DNA of 64,000 nt from Harriotta raleighana (lineage: Eukaryota): NCBI GenBank assembly GCA_050575255.1, contig JBNZDD010013726.1, positions 496,001 to 560,000 of the forward strand, in the 5' to 3' direction. This document shows, one piece after another, positions 52,449-64,000 of this stretch. The position numbers were made by a program, and so were the translations under genes. Position 1 is the stretch's first letter. Each line of letters starts with the position of its first letter. The notes beneath the pieces are model-generated. The model worked only from the letters and a program-made list of their open reading frames with translations. It was not told where the DNA came from and ran no database searches.

Positions 52449-52550
52449 AATAATAATCCTTGCATATGATACAACACCTTATCAAGGTGTTGCTGAGACA
52501 TCTCAAAGAGCTTCGCAGAATATATTGTAAAGTGAATTAACTATGTGTTT
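52449..52550 (-). mobile_element. 5'-truncated young SINE
   Basis: Family tail. Confidence 0.87.
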
Positions 52551-54129
52551 TATATTGTGTATTTTAGTCCAGCTTTTATATATGGTTCTGCAGGTATGTA
52601 TTTGAAAATAGTCATACAAAAGCTTATTTTTTCAACAAAGTGTGAAACTGCCAATAGAAACCAAAATAATATTGACCATTAACCACCTTTCCACATCAGA
52701 TGCCATTCACAAAGCAGAATGAGATTGTAGGCAGCATAAAACTGCTCGTAATTGAAACAAAACCCATTTCAATTTGAATATCTAAAAATTAAGTATAATT
52801 AAAAGTAACAAAGTAACTTTATAACTGTTCAATTTCACGTTTGTAAATGGCAAGTTAGAATGCTTTTTTTTCCATTAGATTCTGCCTTGTAACTCCTGTT
52901 CAGTTATTCATTATTTCCATTTTACAAAGTGACTTTACAATAACTGATGTGTCAGAACCATTATTATTTTTAATTAGTAGTCACAGGCTTTATGTCAACA
53001 AAATAAATTGATTTAACGTTCGCAACAGGCAATAATTATCGAAAGCCATTTTAATCTTCGTAATAATTACAAAGCTCCATCTGTAAAAAATCCCATACAA
53101 TTGAGGTCATGTCAGAATATGTCAAGAAGTACAAATCTTAGACTGGAAATGTATAATTCTACATCCCAGCACTTTCAAAATGGTAACAGAGGGTGGAAAA
53201 TTCCAAATTATCGCTCCTAAAGGAGTAATGTTTGCACATTTTTTATTATATAGTTCTAGTTGTTAAGTTTAATGAAAGACTTTTTCTGCTATGTGCCAGG
53301 GTTTTCTAATGTACATTTAATTGTTCCTGAGGGGAATATGAAAAGATTTTATTCAGGTTGGTGTCTTGATGTCTTGCCTTTTTAGAAAATGTGTTTGATA
53401 TAATGGCAAGCTATTTGAGTGTTATCATTGGTGTGGAGTTAAATACTACAAAAATTTGAAAATATGTGCATTGACCTATTTTTGAACTTTGGAAATGAGT
53501 GTAATAATCTTCAGTATGTTTTCAATCACTTTCTGTGAAACAACGTCTTAAGTCAAGAGGTTTGTAAAGATGTAGCCATCTTAGTTATCCGACTTAATGT
53601 AGAAGCGTAGAACACCTGAAGTATCCATAAAACAATCTCAGCTATTTTCATTAGAGCAGTCCCTAATTTTACCAGAGAACAAGGTTCCTGAGTAAATGAC
53701 AACATGACTATTGTGGCTGTTTATTTAGAATTTAATTGTAATGATCTGTGAATCAAGTAGCACACATCTACTGGGCAACCAGCTCGCTCTTCTAAGAAAT
53801 GAACCATTCCAAAAGCTCCTCAATGAGGCAAAGAAAAAAAGTTGAAACTCCTTTTACCAATGCGCCTTCTCATCAAATTCTTCATGTCTGATTCACTATA
53901 ACCAAACATGAATCAGATGCCAAGTATAGGACACAGGTGGCATTTTAATCAAACAGAAAGCAAAATATACTTCAAATTCACATTAATGAGTTAAATGTAA
54001 TGAGCACAACCCTTTTTTAAAATAAAATCATATTGAATGTGATTAAGGTAAGTCATCACATACTTGTTTCCAGGTTTTAAAATGAACAAAAGAGAGTATG
54101 GAACAAGAAATGGTTACTTAGTCCAATGG

Positions 54130-54500
54130 ATGGAACGGATCATAGCACAGATGTAGAGGATGAAGGACAATTGAGGGTTCGAGAGGATGCTGAGGTTCTG
54201 TGTTGGCGCAGTGTGATGTAAAGTGCATCCATGCTGTCAGCACCCGAGGCAAGGAGGAACTGACGGGAGCTAAACAGTAGGGGTTTGTTCTTGTTCACAT
54301 TTAACTGGAGATGCTTTGCTCTCATCCATGACTTGATGTCCGACAGGCAGTCTGTGAGGGCAGCAGGTGTCCTGAAGTCAAGGGTAGAGGTGGAAAGGTA
54401 CAGTTTGGTGTCACCTGCATACATGTGGAAGTTGACCCCATGTCTACAGATGATCTTACCAAGAAGAAGCATGTAAATGTTAAAAAGAGGACCAATGACT
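54130..54500 (-). mobile_element. L2 reverse transcriptase fragment (inactive)
   Basis: GPLFNIYMLLLGKIICRHGVNFHMYAGDTKLYLS..LTDCLSDIKSWMRAKHLQLNVNK; catalytic YADD decayed to YAGD. Confidence 0.93.
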
Positions 54501-56404
54501 CCTTTTTATAAAAAAAACCTGAAGAATTGCATAAGCATTTTTGACAGCTTTGTCCTCTTGCTTTTGTCCACCTTTAAGGATTTGTGTACTGTAAATTAAC
54601 CACTAACATTTGCTATTCCACTTCTTGTAATATTTTACTACGCATTTACGTGTTCTCCTTATTCATCTTCGCAAACTGCATTATCTCACATTTATCTGCA
54701 CTAAATTCTGAATTGAATGTTAAAGTCCTTAAGAGGATTTTGAATATTTCGGAATCCTAAATATTTATTTCTCTTAATATTATCTAAAGCTTTTACAAAA
54801 GATATGTAGCAATGCAAAATTCTTTTTATGAGCTTGTTGTAATCACACAGTTACCATTTTATAAACATTGGAGTAATCACTCTGATTCCATGAAACGCAA
54901 CCAAATGATTTCTCAGTCATTTTGCTTATTGTTGTTGTACTAATGATGGAGAAATACACAGATGGAAATTCCATTTTGTTTGCTATAAAGTAAATATTTG
55001 ATTAATCATTAGTGCAAAACAAAAGTTTCAACTTAAGTAGCATTAGTTGACAGGATGTGGAATGGTAGTTAATTTGCTACTTCTACAATTTTGCCTTTAC
55101 ATACTCATTTCACATTCCATGGCGCAGTTGGTTTGATCTACATTTCACTTGGAAAGTATATTGGCCAGGATACTGCAGGTTTGTTATCATGCCAAAATGC
55201 AAATGACTATCTGGATATTCATAAAAGGTGAACTCTTTCTGTCGGTTTTTCAAGACACTATACCAAACTTTCTGTGAGGCATTGGTTGTAAAGGGAGAAC
55301 ATACCCTCTGTAAGCACTGTATTTTCAGAGCAGCTGGGGGTGATTGATGGCAATGTAAATTTCTCCATCTGTTTGGACATTTCCCAGGTGAGCTGAGCCC
55401 TTGGGAATCCTTCCCTTAATTCATTAATCACTGAAATTTTCAATAAAACTGTTTGGTAAGAAAACCTTCAAGATAATATTTATGTAGCTTGGATTGTGGT
55501 AGTGTTTTGTATTACTTTCATAGTTTCCTTAAACCTTTTGTTCATTCATTTATGGTTCTTAGCTAATAACAATAAAGCTTGCTTGCAATTCCTGGACAGT
55601 GCGCAACTCATGGGTCATATTAGTTTTTGAGTATATCAATGTTATTTCATGGATTCAACCACAGCTGTTCAATCTTGTTTCATCTTGTTTCATAATACAA
55701 CTTCCCCAAAGTTTTATTCTTCTGTGGATGCAGTAGTGTTTTGCAATGAGGCACTCAACCAAGATAACATTTTAATTCATAACGACTAATTTGTAAACGC
55801 TTTAACTTTTTAAACTGGCTTACGACTGTATTTGTCATAATTGCTGCATCATACATTGCAATAACGAGAATAAAATGTACACACTCACAAAACAAGTAAT
55901 TGTATTTGGCTTGTTCAACATTTTTTTCCTTCACTATGGATAGATTTTAAGTATTCCATTTTACTTTAGTTCTGCTGCTGGTTTGGGCGTTTCCAAATGT
56001 ACAACTTGTTAAACTTGGAAATGTCACATTCAATGCAACAGATGGTAAATGCAGCAATTTGACTCATTCGTAAGGAGCAACAATATTTACAAAAAATCTT
56101 AAATAAAACCAATAAATAGTGGATCCCATTAAACATAATATATTGTATGGAAAGAAATAAGCATAACGTAATTCACAAAATATTTACAGAACTATGAATT
56201 TCTGTTAACTTAAAATAATTTTTACAGCCGCACAATGTAAATTGTATTTGTAGATTGGCGGCAAACTAAAGGTCAGTGCTACAGTTCATAAACACATTTG
56301 CATTCCTTGCACAACAGCTTGTTGTTTGCCTGAATCATTCTTATTTCACACCAGATAAATTCAAAATTTTGGCTATTCACAGAGATGCAGGTTTGTGATA
56401 CTGG

Positions 56405-56555
56405 TCAATCTACAACTGTTTGTGGGACTCTGCTGTGCACAATTGGCTGCCGCATTTTGCCCACAAATATACAGTCAATTCATTTAAAATACATTCTGTT
56501 AAGTGCTTTGAGACGTTCAAAAGACATGAAAAGTGGTATATCAAATGCAGGGATA
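56405..56555 (+). mobile_element. 5'-truncated young SINE
   Basis: Core TGTTTGTGGGACTCTGCTGTGCACAATTGGCTGCC to tail TATATCAAATGCAGGGAT. Confidence 0.92.
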
Positions 56556-56619
56556 ACAACAACAACAAAATTACACTTGTAAAGTGCCTTTCACATCAGG
56601 AGGACATCCCAAGGTGCTG
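56556..56619 (-). mobile_element. L2 3' tail joined tail-to-tail to the SINE
   Basis: (AAC)nAAAATTACACTTGTAAAGTGCCTTTCACATCAGGAGGACATCCCAAGGTGCTG. Confidence 0.9.
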
Positions 56620-56842
56620 ATTATTATTATAGATATGTAGAACACCATCCAACACAGAAGAAAATCTTCAAATCCAATGCAACATTACAGATAAAGATGC
56701 AATTGTTTCAATTTCTCTTTTCCTTCCAGTGAAATATCTCCTCTCCACTCAGATTCACCTCCAAAATTATTAATATACACAGATATAAGCCCATATCCTA
56801 ATATGAAGAGCACATTAAATTAATGCTCCAACATAGAATAAT

Positions 56843-57048
56843 TGGTCATTGGATAGTATCATGATGAGGCACCGTGACTCATTTCCACTCTCCCACCAAG
56901 AACCCCAAGGAGAATTGCCATGCCACTAGAATTCCCCAAATGCCCAAATCAGACAACTCAGCATAGAACTGAATCTGGGGCCTTCCTGAGCTGCACAGCT
57001 CAATGTCACATTGGCAATGAGGTTGGTAACTGATCTATGAGAGGAGCC
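56843..57048 (-). mobile_element. AmnSINE2-like relic, 5' half
   Basis: Minus strand CAGGAAGGCCCCAGATTCA..TATGCTGAGTTGTCTGAT..GAAATGAGTCACGGTGCCT..GATACTATCCAATGACC. Confidence 0.6.
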
Positions 57049-58734
57049 TCTTTACTTTTTAAAGCAATATTTCCCTTTAATATTTCCTAATAAATGTAAA
57101 TGGACTCCAAAGTGAAACATGCATATACCAGTTATAGCATTGGTTCTTAAATATGATAAATATTTTGTTTTTAAATGTCCAGCACTTATTTGAAATAGGA
57201 TAGTTCTCTGCAGGAAGTGAAGCAACATTTGACCCCTGATTTTTATGATTGGTTCCTTACTATTTTTATCCTCTTGGAGTCTGCTCACTGCTGTGCATCT
57301 TTTTCTCCATGAGCATCACCCATGCTGTTCTGATTAGCCACATCAAATGATTTATAATCTGCAGATCTAATTTATATTTTATACTTCAGATTCACTCATT
57401 CACAGTGCCAAAAACTAAACAAATAAATGCGTCACTCTAGTAGTGAAACAAAAATGAAATTTCAATAACACATCACAAACTCTAACTTCATTAGTTTAAT
57501 CTTTACCATTCTGCCTCATGAATCTAAATCAAGTACTTACTTGATTAGGTTGATCCAATTCTCCAGCCAACAGGTTACTACAGCTCTCTGAAGAATGAAA
57601 TTCCATCCAGAACTAATTGAGTACTGACAAATTCATCTGAGTCATATACAAGAGAAAAGGACTATTGAGACACTTAAATTTTGCATCGTCATTCCAAGAG
57701 CTATGCAAGTACTATCAATATGACAAACATCAATCACTGGTTTCTGGTTGTTGCTGTGATGTGAAGATTTAACTTACAAATGCAAGGTTCTTGGGGTATA
57801 TCTTAAATATTTGTTATTTCTGGCAACAGAACTGGCAACCTATACTTTAGGTTTTTATTGTACTGTAGTTCTAGCAAATTTATTTTATGGTAAAAGATAT
57901 TTACTGGGGTCTAAAATGTAATAGTCATAAACAAAATTTGTTGCATTCATTGTGAATATCAAATTGTAAAATTAGTGGATGACAAATCACGCCTCCCAAA
58001 TTTATAATGTAAAATAAAAAGGCTTTTTCAAGTCCTAGAAATCTACTACGCAGTCAAAAAAGTACCTGCTAAAGTTATTGCATTTACAGAAGAAAACCCC
58101 TCTCATGTTACTCCTAACAACTCAAAATGAAAAATGCATAACTGGTTAAGAAATTAGGTGTATACATAATATTTCAAATGTAGATCTTATCTTTTTAAGG
58201 GGCTTTGAAACAGCCTACTGATACGATAAACTTTATATAAAAATAAATTGGATTGCATGCTACATTAGAAAGATAGCACAACCTTGTCCAATTTGGATGA
58301 GCTATTTTCTTCTTGATAACTCTTTAAAACAATAATAACAGTGCACTGGATGTAGTACCACTCACACAAAAATATAATACAATTGAAACTGAGATCTAGG
58401 ATCAAGAATATTTGCCCTGTATGAATTGGCAAGGATATATGTCATTTTCATACAAAGATTATCTCACCACCTTTCTTATCCATTCTTAACGTCAGTATGG
58501 CTGCATCTCCATCAGCAGGATATACTTCCCATAGATAACACCAACTCTCAAATAACCCTTGCTTATCATACTCGAGGTTCCAAACACCAGAGATGAATTC
58601 CATTTCAAAACGATGATGTATTTATACAAACTCATGTGTTTTCTGTACTTCCATTCTCGATTGCTTCTTAATAATTAAGTTGCGGCGTGCTCAGATAAAC
58701 AAGAAATAAATTCTTGAAGATTATATTTCTCACA

Positions 58735-58845
58735 CTGGAGACATTGGATGCTCACCTACATATAGTCCCTCACTTTTCAGTGAATCTTGTAAGGAGCTTT
58801 GAGACATTCTCCCAATGTGAAAGCCACTATTTTAATTGCAAGGGT
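58735..58845 (+). mobile_element. Old DeuSINE/L2 3' fragment
   Basis: TGTAAGGAGCTTTGAGACATTCTCCCAATGTGAAAG..TTGCAAG. Confidence 0.65.
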
Positions 58846-59360
58846 TAATTATTAATTAATAAAATGGCATGTATATAGGGGTGCAATACAATGGTTTCAC
58901 CAAGACAAATAATGTGACCTGAAAATTTTTATTCTGAAGCAACTATTATTTCTACCCTCCACCATGATGGTCAGAAAATATCTGGACATATTATTCATTC
59001 CATTCTAGGGTGTACCATGCATCCAGATATACTATCATAAATTTATTTTTAAAACAAGAGACAGCAGCATGGTTTAATTTATTTTACATTTAGAATTATC
59101 CATTAGAATATTGTGTATATGAATTGAAAGTGAGAGTCTAGAATCTGTGGAGTTTGCGGATGCAACAAGTCTAAGGGCAAACTGCTCTTTTTGCATTTCG
59201 TGCTTTCTTACGTTAAGGTAAATGCAGTAAATTCCACAAGACACCTTACTTCCACATAGGACTCACATAGTACATAGTATGATACTTTTGGTGGCTTGTT
59301 TAAGAGAATAAGAAAACCATCTAAGTGAGAAAAGAACATTTAACCACCACCACTACCACC

Positions 59361-59420
59361 ACAACAACAACAACTAAATTACATTTGTAGAGCACCTCTC
59401 ACATTGGGAGGATTTAAGTG
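59361..59420 (-). mobile_element. L2 3' tail fragment
   Basis: (AAC)n..AAATTACATTTGTAGAGCACCTCTCACATTGGGAGGA. Confidence 0.8.
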
Positions 59421-59739
59421 GCAGGACTTCATCAAAAAACATTGTTTGAGTTGATGAATCTTGATAAATGTTATCAAATCAATTAGTTCTTCTATGCTAT
59501 TTATGTAATTGCAGCCAGCTTCTACTAACAATTGGAAAGGGTGTTGAGGCCACTAGACTCATTTGAAAAACAACAGCTTGATGCTAAAATGGGAAGACTA
59601 CAGGCAAGCAGGCAAACGATCAATATTCCCAAATATTCAGTAGTGATTATTAGATATGACCAGAACATGTATACATTTTTGGTTTTGAGTTGTTGGTGCA
59701 GGTTTTGTGAATCAATCTGTCACATAAAGGACACTTTCA

Positions 59740-59925
59740 GCATAAATGTTTTTCTTTAGCTTGTTTTTCTTTACTCGGGTGGTGTTTAATGACTGGAACA
59801 GATTTTGACTTATTAAAAAGTAGCTTGATGATGAGCATGGTAGAGTGGATATTTTGGAGGGATAAGATCAGATGAGCTAAAAGTTCTTCTTCAACAAAAC
59901 CAATCTTGTGATTTATTTTGTGATT
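59740..59925 (+). mobile_element. CR1 3' end fragment
   Basis: FFTRVVFNDWN remnant and 3' end GATCAGATGAGCTAAAAGTTCTTCT..TCTTGTGAT, homologous to 16700-16760. Confidence 0.65.
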
Positions 59926-60620
59926 CTGTACTTGTCCTGTTATTTAGCAGATCTTTCTCTTTAGCAGATCAGTGCCTCGTCACTGGGTGAAAAATAAACA
60001 TTTACTTCTAGAAGAAAATGTGCATGTACATGTATCACATAATAAAATACATTTCACTGGTGATGCCCTTCAACGTGCAACCCTACAAGGGTTAATGATA
60101 TATTTTTAAGAGTTAGTCAAACCAGAGCAAAACACTGATGCTGTATCATTTGATAGGAAGAGGAAATGCTACGAATTTCCTGGAACTCGTATTAGAGCCA
60201 AGTTTAAATGCCAACACTAAAAATAACAGTTGGAATCTGGAATTAGCGTGATAGCAGCTCTGGTTTATTTTTACCATTGAAACTGCGTGAATGAAACCCG
60301 ATAGGGTTCAGGAAACTTCGCTTCTCTTTAATGCCTTATTTTGTTCAGGATCGCATGAATTTAGTTGGATTATCATATGTACCACATGGAAGTATCAATT
60401 CACTGTCACATCTATTTTAACTCGAAGGTAATGCCAATATATTGAGGCTCCTGTTGATGATCCAGTTAGGCCCATTTCAAAACTGAAGTTGAAGTTGAAT
60501 ACTGCCAACCTGTTTTAGTCTGCATTGCGTTGAATAAGATACTTCACTCAAATGTAACAGTAAAAGAAATGGATATGCTTATACCTCCTTATTAAATAAA
60601 TCTCAGAACACATAAAATAC

Positions 60621-60775
60621 AATATAAAATTACATTTGTAAAGCTCCTTTCATCTTGGGAAGACGTCCAAATGTGCTGAATAGTCAGGGATTGTAAGGTT
60701 GTGGGTTGGGCAATGAGGATAGGAAGGTGGCCGAAGGCACAGTTGAAGAGGAGGGTATTAGGACGTGCTTTGAAA
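60621..60775 (-). mobile_element. L2 3' fragment
   Basis: FKARPNTLLFNCAF plus the L2 tail. Confidence 0.85.
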
Positions 60776-60838
60776 TCATTTATTTGAGAAACTGTTCTGT
60801 TAGGCTTGGAAAAATTCAACCGTTAATTAGCCAAACAG

Positions 60839-61000
60839 TAATAATAATACAAGCATTTGATATAGTGCTTTACATGTCTTCTAAACATGTCAAAGTGTTT
60901 CACAGAACACACTGGAAAGTGAATTGTCTGTATAATTGTGGGTGAAACGCAGCAGCCAATTGCACACAGCAATGTCCCATGAATAGTCATGGAATTGAAA
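60839..61000 (-). mobile_element. 5'-truncated young SINE
   Basis: Family tail and core. Confidence 0.92.
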
Positions 61001-61300
61001 TAATAAATAAATATAAAAATACTTACATTTGGTATAGGGGCTTTTCATGTCTTTTAGACGTCTCAAAGCGCTTCACAGTATATACTGTAAAGTGAATTGA
61101 CTGTATATTTGTGGGCAAAATGTGGGAGCCAATCGTGGACAGCAGTATCCCACAAACAGTTGTGGATTGAAATGTCCAATTTTTTTTGAGGGATTATTAG
61201 GCTTGTTGTGTAAGGAAACTTGCCCAAGGTTTTGTCCTCCCTGGATTCGAACACAGGCTTGTAAGGTGAGTGCTCTAACCACTAAGCTACAGGATGCCAC
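61001..61300 (-). mobile_element. Full-length young SINE directly abutting the previous copy
   Basis: A box TAGCTTAGTGG and B box GTTCGAATCC on the minus strand; core and tail present. Confidence 0.95.
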
Positions 61301-62944
61301 ATGACAACATTATTATTGTAGCACTGGATTAAGAGGTCTGCTTGTTATATTTTTTGTGTTCAATTCTAACAACGCAATATTCCATTTTGTGAGTGTTTGT
61401 CTCTGGAGCAGCTGGGGGCTGAAAAAGAGGCAGAGAGCAGCAAGTAAAAAACCATGTAATTATAACTGGTTGAATGCATGCTCTTTGTGTTCAGACTAAT
61501 TAGAGCGAATAGGAAACATGTACTTGTTGCTCAATCTTGCACTTGAGCTTTGGAGCCAGGCTGACATTCCTTACTGCATAGCGAGACACTGTTTGGAAGG
61601 GGTAGAGATCTCAAGGGGCACCAGCTACATATTCCTGAAATGAATGGAGGTGTGAGGGGACGAGGTTATCGACTTTGGCTGCCTCCGCACTGGGGCTATA
61701 CATTATGCCTGGTTCCTGCAGGCTTTTCCTTTTATACAAGTGTGTCATCAGCTGCACTAAGCCCCAAAATAAGAAGTCAACGGTTAGGAGTTAGGAAGAA
61801 AACACGCATACTTTTGTCCATATTTCCTGAATGCATAAATGTTTTTGAAGTTCTGTGGCTTTCACGAAGAACACAATGCCTAATCCATGATATATATCCT
61901 TAATGAAAGGACAATTTTGAACTTCAGAGAAAACTGGCCAAGACACTTAGAATTCCCAGAACATTTCCATGGTTTGAACATAAGTATATCCCCAAAACAC
62001 CTCACAGGAACTGCTCACATAAAATTAACTGAATTTATTTTCCTTCACTCCACAAATTACAATAAACAAAACTAATTTACATTATTAATGCTTACTATAT
62101 AATTAGAACCCCTTAATACGCCCTTTATTGAACATTTACCTCAATCCTGAACAAAATTAGTATGATAAATATTCTTATCTGCATCATATGTGAATCAATC
62201 ACTGTTACAATTAAGGAAATAGATTAATCTTACCATCTAATGGACACAAGGGCTCTTTGTTAATAATCCAAATTATTGAGATGCCACAGTCATTAAGATT
62301 TACAATTGATCTACATTTTTCTTGATGAAATTGGTAACGAAAAGTATTTCAAGGGACAAGTCTATTTCCCACTTAAAATGAACAAATGATCAATTTGATG
62401 AATTGCACTTTTGCACCTTTTGTGTGTAATGTGAAAAACAATACCAGAAAAAAAGGGTTCAATCATATGCTTATAAATTGGTTCCACTTTTTAAAATATC
62501 TAATAGAAAATAACTGATGGGAGTGAGGAGTACAAATATTCATCCATTGCGCAAGATTCAGCTGCATAATGCACAAGTTCTCAGTGTGTCAATGAATTAT
62601 GACACCAATCAATTTTAAAATAAATATTGTTCTGTAAGGTATTGTATTTCTATCTACACACTTTCCATCTGTGATTTTAAAACGGTAGTTCCACTATTGC
62701 CCTATGGGACCTATAAATCACTCCTGCAAATTCCGCACACCTAGAAAAAATAAATGTCAGGTATAAAATATCAGGGAATGGTGACATAACATCCCTGGAT
62801 GTTAATTTCAATGGGCAGGTTTTGTTCACAGTTTAGAATGGGAGAGATAACTTTGGAAGATAACCCTTCGGCTTGGAAATGCTATTGAGATGCCTGTGTC
62901 TCAAAATGAAAAAATAGTAATTTTGTAGAAGTAAAGTAGATGAT

Positions 62945-62993
62945 ATAATAATAATAATAATCCTTGCAATTGATATAGTGCATTATCACGTCA
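62945..62993 (-). mobile_element. Young SINE tail-only fragment
   Basis: (AAT)nCCTTGCAATTGATATAGTGCATTATCACGTC. Confidence 0.88.
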
Positions 62994-63000
62994 TAGTTGG

Positions 63001-63189
63001 TTCGACCGTGCCTTCAGCTCCCCTCTCGACTCTCTACCTCCTCCTTGCTCCCACCCTCCCCCTCCCCCCTCCCCCCGAACATTTCCCCCTGCTCGGGTCT
63101 TAAATCATCTGTCCAGCGCCTTGGGACGTCCTCCTGACGTGAAACGCGCTCTATAAATGTAATTTTGTTGTTGTTGTTGTTGTTGTTGT
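63001..63189 (+). mobile_element. Young L2 3' end
   Basis: Near-identical to 13379-13554; (TTG)n tail. Confidence 0.95.
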
Positions 63190-64000
63190 AACAATTGCAA
63201 GTCACAGCATGTCAGTTTAACAATTTCTAGTTTCTTTAATTCTTTGTACCATTGATATAGACCTAAATTAGGCAATCATTTTTTAAAAACTGGTAATAAT
63301 TGATGTGGGTATAAGGAAGATAGCAACTCTGAATTAGTGCTCCAATAAGGTAAATATGCAATAAACTCAAATTGCCTAATACTGGTAGTCTTCAACTTTC
63401 TTCCTTATAAAGTTTCTCACTCCTAACTCAAATATATGCACTGGAATAATTTGCAGTTTTTGTAATTTCTCTGACCTGTGCCTGCATTTTCAAGATTTAA
63501 TGATGGGGAAAGGGATTCAGTCACAAATCTTAGAGGGTATACTAAATTGGTCATTAAACCCAAGGAGACCGGAGACTCAGAGGTGAAATAATATCAAGCA
63601 ATATTGTGATGTTTTAAGACAAAATTACTCCTGGCATTGTCCCATCTCTTGTTTGATGGCAAAATCATTCATCATCTGAGATAAGGAGGAATGAATTAAC
63701 ACCTCTCTGATCCAAAGGAAGTTCTGGCAATTGAACTATACTTGTCTTTACCTTATGTCAGAGTCAGGGAACTGACAAGTATTCTATTACTGATCTTCTA
63801 AGGATCCCACTAAAACAATAAAATTAAGAAACCAATTCAAATAAATATTTTCAACAGTGAGCCAAGTCAAATTAGGGTTGAATGACTGGATGCAGACACC
63901 AGATACCACATGGGACTTAACACATCCTACTCTTCCTTTGATATAATGAATCATTTGGTTGAAGTTATTAATACAGAGGAACAAACAATCTCCACATTAC

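Noticed and set aside
54140-54472. Domesticated or functional reverse transcriptase
   Set aside because: Short fragment, YADD mutated to YAGD, frameshifted downstream.
56267-56288. AGGTCA-N7-AGTTCA as a nuclear receptor element
   Set aside because: DR7 spacing is not a canonical retinoic acid response element and a single motif is uninformative.
58450-58615. About 55-codon minus-strand open frame
   Set aside because: Bounded by stops, no convincing acceptor, no recognisable motif.
9671-61254. Recurring peptide family (YSVKCFE.S..K.Y / FAHKYTVNS) in many ORFs
   Set aside because: Translation of the shared SINE 3' region in assorted frames, not a protein family.
62690-62830. Decayed palindromic MITE-like patches with TTTCAATGGG-type motifs (also 5.9, 15.7, 18.3, 41.2 kb)
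   Set aside because: Suggestive of old repeats, but no termini or reliable mutual alignment could be established by eye.
1-64000. ORF track entries as genes
   Set aside because: All are 137 aa or shorter, many with non-ATG starts and no recognisable domains other than LINE remnants; expected by chance or from repeats.

Overview
AT-rich, CpG-depleted vertebrate nuclear DNA with no gene I can identify. It reads as a large intron or gene desert. The repeat content points to a cartilaginous fish, most likely a chimaera such as Callorhinchus milii; this is inferred from recalled repeat families, not from a search. It has about 19 copies of a young tRNA-headed SINE with a Deu-type core and LINE2 tail, older full-length DeuSINEs, many L2 and CR1 fragments, five AmnSINE2-like copies, one LF-SINE-like relic and one complete TA-flanked Tc1/pogo-type MITE. 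Almost all ORFs in the track are chance or repeat-derived; the only recognisable peptides are decayed L2/CR1 ORF2 pieces. Several minus-strand exon candidates exist but none could be assigned. I found no convincing new biological system. The best leads are a 147-bp near-perfect inverted duplication, a possible filled/empty SINE allele pair between two N gaps, abundant AmnSINE2-like relics (one abutting an L2-type tail), head-to-head retroposon junctions and a 25-nt microexon candidate. Repeat boundaries are approximate.
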